From: Eledone cirrhosa
Taxonomy: Eukaryota
Length of the DNA stretch: 64,000 nucleotides
Assembly: GCA_964016885.1 (NCBI GenBank)
Contig: OZ024743.1
Location: 341,186,001 to 341,250,000, forward strand
Reading direction: 5' to 3'
The translations under genes and the position numbers were made by a program. Shown in pieces: positions 54,801 through 64,000 of the stretch. How positions within the stretch are numbered: the stretch's first letter is position 1; each line of letters starts with the position of its first letter. The notes under the pieces are model-generated. The model saw only the letters and a list, made by a program, of their open reading frames with translations. It was not told the DNA's origin and searched no databases.

Positions 54801-55045
54801 CTTCTTCTTCGTCACCCACTTATTCCTGGGAGAGTCATGGGGAAGAGTCCACAAACACACCTTCCACCTGGTCCTGTTAGAAGCAGCCGTCTCCAATTGA
54901 TCCGGCTGGAACCCCATGCGAAACCAGCCAAGTTCTTGGGTGTTATCCAACCGTGTTGATCACGATCTAACCCTGCGTCTCCTGCCATTTGGTTTTGTCC
55001 ATAACATCTGTCCAGCAACCTTTCTTGCGACTGGCTGGAAAAATT
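54801..55045 (-). mobile_element. RTE (Expander/Rex3-like) 3' fragment
   Basis: PNGRRRRVRS*STRLD...LGWFRMGFQPDQLETAASNRTRW; (GAA)n tail. Confidence 0.7.
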
Positions 55046-55450
55046 AATTTGATCCAGCGTTTGAAGTAAAATATATTTATAGACTATATTTTGCCAGTCA
55101 GTAGAATATTTAAAACGTTTATTACGTGAAATATGTTCAATGTTCAATATATCTTATTTTCATGTAATATTGCTATTTTGTGTGTCTTTTTCGTGTTCCA
55201 TACAACGTGTCAGCTGGTTTGCGTTGGATCCTGGTTATCAACCAACACAGTCAGTTGAGTAATCTTGAATATTTTTGTCTGCTGCGAATAATGAATTGAA
55301 AATATTCATTAGATTCGTTTTTTGTTCGATTAAATACAGTCGACTAATGTCTATTTTCTATATTCTAACTTCAATTTTCAATGCTAAAATCTATAACAGT
55401 AAACCATTTTTTGTTTCCACATTTTAAAAGTTTCATTATTATCCTAAATA

Positions 55451-55985
55451 CTCAAATCCCGCTGATGTTAACTTTGCCTTTCATCCTTATGGGGTCGATA
55501 AAATACAGTACCAGTCACGCACTGGGTCGATTTAATTGACCCCCACCCTCCCCCCAAACAAAAATTACTGGCCTTGTGCCTATATAAGAAACCATTATTA
55601 GCCGAAATAATACTAGCGGACAGGCAGAAAATAGTTAGGACACTTTACGTTCTGAGTTTCAATCCCGCCGAGGTTAACTTTGCCTTTCATCCTTACGGGG
55701 TCGATAAAGGAAAGTACCAGTCACGCACTGGGGTCGATTTCATCGACTTTCCCCTTCGCGCGAAAATTGCTGGCCTTGTGCCTATATAATAAACCAGTAT
55801 TAACCGAAATAATGCTAGCGGACAGACAGAAAATAGATAGGACATTATACGTTCTGAGTTCAAATACAGCGGAGGTTAGCTTTCCTCATTACGGGGTCGA
55901 TAAAATATAGTACCAGTAACGCACTTGACTCGATATCACCGATTGACCCGCCCCATAACTTGTTGTCTTTGTGCCTAAACTAGAA
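55451..55985 (+). mobile_element. Three tandem 5'-truncated SINE B units with a shared spacer
   Basis: Spacer CCGAAATAAT.CTAGCGGACAG.CAGAAAATAG.TAGGACA is repeated. Confidence 0.8.
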
Positions 55986-57253
55986 CATTTAAGGAATGTA
56001 TTATTAATAAAAAGTTTTTAAATCATAAGAATTCTATTTCAAATAACAAAAACACTACAGATATTTCAAAACGGAAAATGAAGGAGAGAGCAAAGGCTCT
56101 GGGGTCCCAGAAGAATGGGAGGAGGAAAAGGGGGTGATGAGCTCTAGACCTAGGGCGTGGTGGTGTTGCGTCTAGAAATTATCAACGAAAATTATCGTTA
56201 CTGCGTTGAAAAATCCTCTAAACTGTATACAGAGACTATGTGCATCTACTTCAACACTGTCTGCTTTACAGTAGTAATATTGTATAAATATGCATTTATT
56301 AATTTAGAAGTAATGGCATACTCTGTAAGGTGTCAGCCTCAGCTGAGTGACATATCGTTAATATTCTTCATGACTTATACGGTTTTCTGTTCAGTTTGAT
56401 TAAGAAGAGATCATATCAATGGATGACAAGACAATCTGAAGAGAAAATATGTATGCATATATTTCGATTATAATACTTAATACGTCAAGGGATTAGCGAA
56501 CGACAAATGTTATATGCCATTTAGTTACGTTACGTTCTGAGATCATATCTCACCTGGGTCGTCTTTAACTTTTACCTGTTCGATGGTCAAGTATTACATA
56601 AATCGTAGTATGTACCTTTTCCGACATGTGTGACATATATATAAGTGGTGAAATTGTAGTTTATAAAATGTGTACAAATCGATAAAAGTATTTGTCTACT
56701 GAAGGGCAGCTAAATAGATGGGAAACATATACAAGCAATCATTCATGTTTTTCTCTGTAGAAAGTTACCAAGAAAATGGTTGTACATAAACTATACATTA
56801 CAACTCCCACACACATATATTGCAAGCGTGTGTATGTACATGCCTTTGAGTATGTATAGAAACTATATTTGCAGTCCATTACATGAAGAAATAATAAACA
56901 AAATCTGGTCTCTCACAGGATATATGTCAACACGTTTGGCTTCGCTTTTTTCTAATACAGTCAGCAATAATATCTGAGTTATTCTAAAAAATTATATCGG
57001 TTGCATACGTAGTATTTTCGGTAATACATAGGTTGCAGTTTTGGATTAATTACCGAGTGAAGTTGCATTATCCAATACGAAGCTTCTCGCGACGGCAACG
57101 GAATTTAGTAACTGCGAGCATATTTATGTCTGCGAGAATTAGAGAGTAGGGTGGTGCTTTTGTGGTGTTGTGTGAAATAAATGGTATAATTTGCTCGAAA
57201 ATTAATTACCGATAACGGTGAACGTTAAAATAGCAATGATTTCTTCTTCTTCT

Positions 57254-57300
<47 letters not shown>

Positions 57301-57440
57301 TGTATATATATGTGTGTGTGTATGTATGTGTGTGTGTGTTCGTGTGTATATACATACGAGGTGCTATCGAGAAGCTTCCGGACTAGTCATATTTAAAAAA
57401 AAATAATTTATTTGATCATCAAGTTTTATCATCATCTGCC

Positions 57441-57606
57441 TTGCCAGCAATTACCCAGTACATTACTGGTACTTTATTTTATTGACCCCGTAAGGATGAA
57501 AGGAAAAGATGACCTCGACGGGATTTGAACTCAGACCATAAAGGAACGTAACTATGCTGGAAAGCATGGCGTCCGAACCTCTACCGATACTGCCAATTCA
57601 CCGCCC
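57441..57606 (-). mobile_element. SINE family B
   Basis: Core homology to other family B copies. Confidence 0.8.
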
Positions 57607-57896
57607 TGTCTACCTTGAAGATAGTAACAAGCCTATAATTTCTTATAGAGATGTGTTTCATAAAACGCAGAGTAAAGGTGCAAGCCATCGATTTTAGTAA
57701 TCAGTATAAATCCCTAATTATTTTGTTTGGTAATAAGCATCTTAAGACAAGAATTGTAATCATTGGTAAGATCAGGTCTTTATATATCTCACACTCCACA
57801 AAAGTACTAGTTACCTGCCCAGATGGTAACAAGCCTATAATTCCTTATACAGATCTGTTTCATAAAACCCATAGATAAGACGCAAAACATCGTTGT

Positions 57897-58446
<550 letters not shown>

Positions 58447-58748
58447 TCTATATATATAAAACTGAGGATGTCTGTCTGTCTGTGTGTGAGTTTGAATCCC
58501 TAAATCTCGAGAACCACCCAACCGACTGTTTTCAAACTTTACACATATAATACCTATGTTTCAGGGAGTGTTCTGAGCAAAAGAAATTTCGAATGTTCAA
58601 TGCTCTAGGGACCACATTAGGCGATTTAGCGATCTCTCTCTATAATTCTTAGTCATTCTGTTTTTAGATAGATACATACATATAACGTCCCGCCCTTATA
58701 ATATCTGTCTGTATGTCTGGCTGTCTGCATTACGTCACTTCCCTGAGG

Positions 58749-58797
<49 letters not shown>

Positions 58798-59235
58798 TTT
58801 GAATCCCTAAAACTCGAGAAGTACCCAACCGACCTTTTTCAAACTTTACATGTGTATTACTTATGTTTCAGGGAGTGTTATGCACATAAACAAATTCAAC
58901 TTTTTGATCCCCTAGGATTAGGTGATAAACTGCGTTTTTTAAAGCTTTTTAGGGGTTTTTGGAGGCGTTACGTCTAGCCGATTTTCCCGAAATTTCAAGG
59001 CACATTATGCATATAAAAAAATTCATTTTCTTGATCCCCCTAAGGCCCGCATTAGGTGAAAACCTGCATTTTTCGTGCTTCATCGAGGAAAATGTTAAAG
59101 ATTATCCCGCCATCAGAGTATTCGCTTTATTTTCTTTACATATTGTCCAGGCATGCAGTTTTTCCACGATTAGGTCTGTTGGCGGCCCGCCTTCCAAAAT
59201 ACCTTATCCCGGGCAACGCCGGGTACCACTGCTAG
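58447..59235 (+). mobile_element. Non-autonomous Helitron
   Basis: 5' A|TC start; 3' hairpin CCCGG GCAACG CCGGG followed by CTAG|T; internal duplication of the 5' segment at 58743-58915. Confidence 0.8.
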
Positions 59236-59253
59236 TATATATATATATATTTA

Positions 59254-59341
<88 letters not shown>

Positions 59342-61111
59342 CAACGATGGTATATGTATATATAAATATGTATATAACCACACGTGTGTATGTGTATCTG
59401 TGTATTTCCTTTAAACTTTATTGAAAAACTGTAATACAGTTGAGTATTATAATCAATTAAATATTTCTCCTAGCATTAGAACAAGGTCACATATTTGGGT
59501 CAGAATATTACACTCAATTAATGTAATGAGAGTTCATGAACAATACATCCTACCGATGAAAGATACAATTGAATTCGGCGAACACTCATCTACTAACATG
59601 AAAGTTCGTAGTTCAAATTCCGTAAGGTAATATTGATTTATAAATATAATACCACGGCTGAAATAGGGATGGATGAGTATATTATGAATTGAAAACAACC
59701 AAAAAACACAAATACTTTAGAGCTATGCATAGCGTTAAAGCCGCCCTTGAATTACAAACAAGCGAAACCATACTTTTACTAATGATGAGATATAAGAAAT
59801 TAATTTTGCATGAGTATTGTATCCATATAACTCTGCATGGAATAATCCCTACAATAGAAATTTAATTAAACTTTTCTATAAAATTGCTCTGTACTCTGAA
59901 TAGGATGTCTACATGATTAAAATAGCAAGGATATCATTTTGAAGTGATATGGATGGCAACGAATTTATATAAAAATAAAAACATCGCCACAGTGACGAAC
60001 TTCAACAATATCTGAATAGCTCATTTACGCAGATCTTTGTCAACTTCAGATCATCAATCTTGGTTGATTAGTCGAATATGTTGCTTTCACTCCTGTTGTT
60101 GGCTTCTCGGAAAGGTCATTCTCGAATGATAAACAGGAAATTAAACAAATCCTAATATGTCGGTATTCAAAAATACATTTTCATTCTTCGTCATTTGAAA
60201 TTGTATTCGTAAATTTTGTGAAAACGATATTAAAAAAATCTTCAATAAAACTATATCTTAGAGTTTCAAAATGTTATGAACTCAAATTCAAATATTGTTT
60301 CAATGATGATTTCTGAAAAGGACAGAGAGCTACATATGTGTAAGAAGGGAACAGTATGTATTATCAGTCTCAGTATGTATCAGTATATGATTCATCGTCC
60401 CACGAAGAATGAGAGTCAACTGTTTTATTTATCTACTGCTTTGTTATAATAAACCGTTCATAAATTACATCTTATCAAGCAATAACTATAATACAGAAAG
60501 AAAGAAGAATTAACAAAGGAATATTGCTTTCATTGGCAGCTCGGTAGAACGTAGTACAACATGCTTCGCGGTATAGATTTAAGGCACTTTATGTCTTGAG
60601 GTTAAAAAACCGCCTTGATTAGCTTACCCTTTCATGATTAAGGAGCTGATAAAATAAAGCATGAGTATCGCATTGGAGTCGAATTAATCAATTTTACCTC
60701 TTCCAAAATGGCTGGCCTTTTGCCTATAGTAGAAATCATTATTTAACTATAGCAGGGGAGGTTGATTGGCACTATCGATACAGCATCGGCTGCCATGCTT
60801 ATATAACGTAATTCCAATATACGTTCTTTAAGTGTTCTTTTGAAATATAGAATTGGTTTTGAGTTCAACATGACGATTGATCTAGATTTAACTTATTCTA
60901 CATATATATATTACAGAGCAAATGAGTAAAACTCTATGTAGTCACACGAACTTCTAAAGCTAGCAGCCAAATAACACACTACAGCTTTGAAATGAGAAGA
61001 ACACATGAGTTATTGATACTCTTGATATCATATTCTTAAAGCGTAGAGTGGATGGTCTGGACTTGAATGCCCTTGATTGTAGTTCTGATCGATCAAGGAT
61101 GGCCTGAGTTA

Positions 61112-61170
<59 letters not shown>

Positions 61171-61172
<2 letters not shown>

Positions 61173-61393
61173 AACAAGTAAGACCCCGACGGCTGAGCTC
61201 AAGCCGTTTCGACGGCTAATTCTGTACTGAATCAGTACAGAATTCTGTACTAATTCAGTACAGAATTAGCCGTCGAAACGGCTTGAGCTCAGCCGTCGGG
61301 GTCTTACTTGTTCCTATTACCCACTCTACTACCCTAAGTATTGAGTACTTTGGTGCGTTATGGTCCACCTGGTTCCTTACCACATTTCCTTCG
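61171..61393 (+). mobile_element. Family P fold-back element with HHR 3' half, in (TA)n
   Basis: Perfect arms 61171-61232 and 61253-61314; GAAA-CGGCT TGAGCTC AGCCG-TC at 61275-61297. Confidence 0.75.
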
Positions 61394-61432
<39 letters not shown>

Positions 61433-61512
61433 GTTGTTAAACAATGAATTTGTCAAAGAATGAGTTTTACAGTAGATTGGAAGCACTCAACTGGAAATGA
61501 TGTTCAGTAGTT

Positions 61513-61704
61513 ATTAATCGTTTCTACTTTAGGCACAAGGCCAGCAATTAACCAGTGCATTACTGGTACTTTATTTTATCGACCCCGTAAGGATGAAAGG
61601 CAAAGTCAACCTCGGCGGGATTTGAACTCATATCGTAAAGGGACGTAACTATGCTGGAAAGCATGGCGTCCGACCCTCTACCGATACTGCCAACCCACCG
61701 CCCT
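61513..61704 (-). mobile_element. SINE family B
   Basis: Core homology to other family B copies. Confidence 0.85.
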
Positions 61705-61706
61705 TT

Positions 61707-62650
<944 letters not shown>

Positions 62651-62691
62651 ATATATAAAGAAAAATAAACATATATAAATATATATATAAA

Positions 62692-62943
<252 letters not shown>

Positions 62944-62945
62944 GC

Positions 62946-63001
<56 letters not shown>

Positions 63002-63096
63002 GATGGCTGCCCCCTCGTTATCGAGTATGGTCATTGCACGAGGAGAACAACAAAATATTTTAAAAAAATAAATAAATAAATAAAAAATAAAAAAAA

Positions 63097-63149
<53 letters not shown>

Positions 63150-63153
<4 letters not shown>

Positions 63154-63703
63154 ATATAAGATCAAAAGATGGTTAAAGGAGTTCCATGTATTTTATTATG
63201 CGCATTTCAAAACGCACATATCCTCCTTTCGTTGATTTTCAAAAATTTTTTGGGGTTTATACATTATCTTCCAACGGTTTTCAACCTCTCTGTGTGGGAC
63301 AGTATATCTCCTCTCAGTTCTAAAAGCTATCTCTTTCTCTCTATCACCCATCTCTCCCTCTCATCTCCTCTCCCTTTTTCATCCTTCCCCCCCCCCTCTC
63401 TAAATAAAATATTTTTCCCAATATCACACATCAATCTAAAACCACTTTTCATATGTAGATTTAAAACTGCACTATCCACAAGTGTTTTTTAGCCTTCATA
63501 TCATGTTCTCCTGTTTTATCTGATGAAAACACAAATATTATTGCATGATGATGTTTGTTTTTGAAATGCGCATAATAAAATACATGGAACTCCTTTAACC
63601 ATCTTTTGATCTTATATTATGCATACTCCAGTCCTACAAACTGTAGAGTGCTTCTTATCCGATATCTGCATTGCTTTATTGTACTACAATAAAACTCACC
63701 TCC

Positions 63704-63706
<3 letters not shown>
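63150..63706 (+). mobile_element. Short HHR element with 5' inverted arm, in (TA)n
   Basis: Arm 63150-63212 is the reverse complement of 63559-63621; pyrimidine tract; HHR present. Confidence 0.8.
63512..63582 (+). ncRNA. Type I hammerhead ribozyme
   Basis: Stem I TGTTTTAT/ATAAAATA, CTGATGA, stem II AAACACAAATA/TGTTTGTTTTT, GAAA-TGCGCA-TA. Confidence 0.75.
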
Positions 63707-63779
<73 letters not shown>

Positions 63780-63907
63780 CAATATATATATTTATATATA
63801 CATACATACTATATATATATTCATACATATATATATATATACATATACATATACATATATATATACATATATATATACATATATATATACATAAATATAC
63901 ATATATA

Positions 63908-63945
<38 letters not shown>

Positions 63946-64000
63946 TGTGTGTGTGTTTGTGATTTTAAATCCTGCTACACACATCGTCATCTATTGTCCT

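Noticed and set aside
57356-57640. Mariner-like TIR start TACGAGGTGCTATCGAGAAG
   Set aside because: No matching second TIR was found and the sequence is too decayed to call.

Overview
AT-rich, microsatellite-dense eukaryotic DNA, very likely cephalopod/octopus (inferred from the repeat repertoire). It consists almost entirely of nested transposable elements. These are: a near full-length L1/Tx1-type LINE in (TAA)n; two R4/Dong-type LINEs; RTE remnants and bipartite RTE-derived non-autonomous elements; two Penelope-like elements (an RT + GIY-YIG pseudogene and a Naiad-like GIY-YIG); two tRNA-headed SINE families; an hAT MITE; a Helitron; and an unclassified long-TIR element. Most ORF-track entries are microsatellite artefacts. 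Two candidate host exons lie on the minus strand near the left end. The most notable signal is a set of at least 7 sequence families of short (0.2-0.7 kb) non-coding elements, mostly inserted at (TA)n tracts. They carry type I hammerhead ribozyme (HHR) motifs, complete or partial, and often a 5' fold-back inverted duplication whose breakpoint repeatedly falls in ribozyme stem II. They look like Penelope-mobilised retrozyme-like elements. All structural calls were made by eye; nothing was folded or searched computationally.
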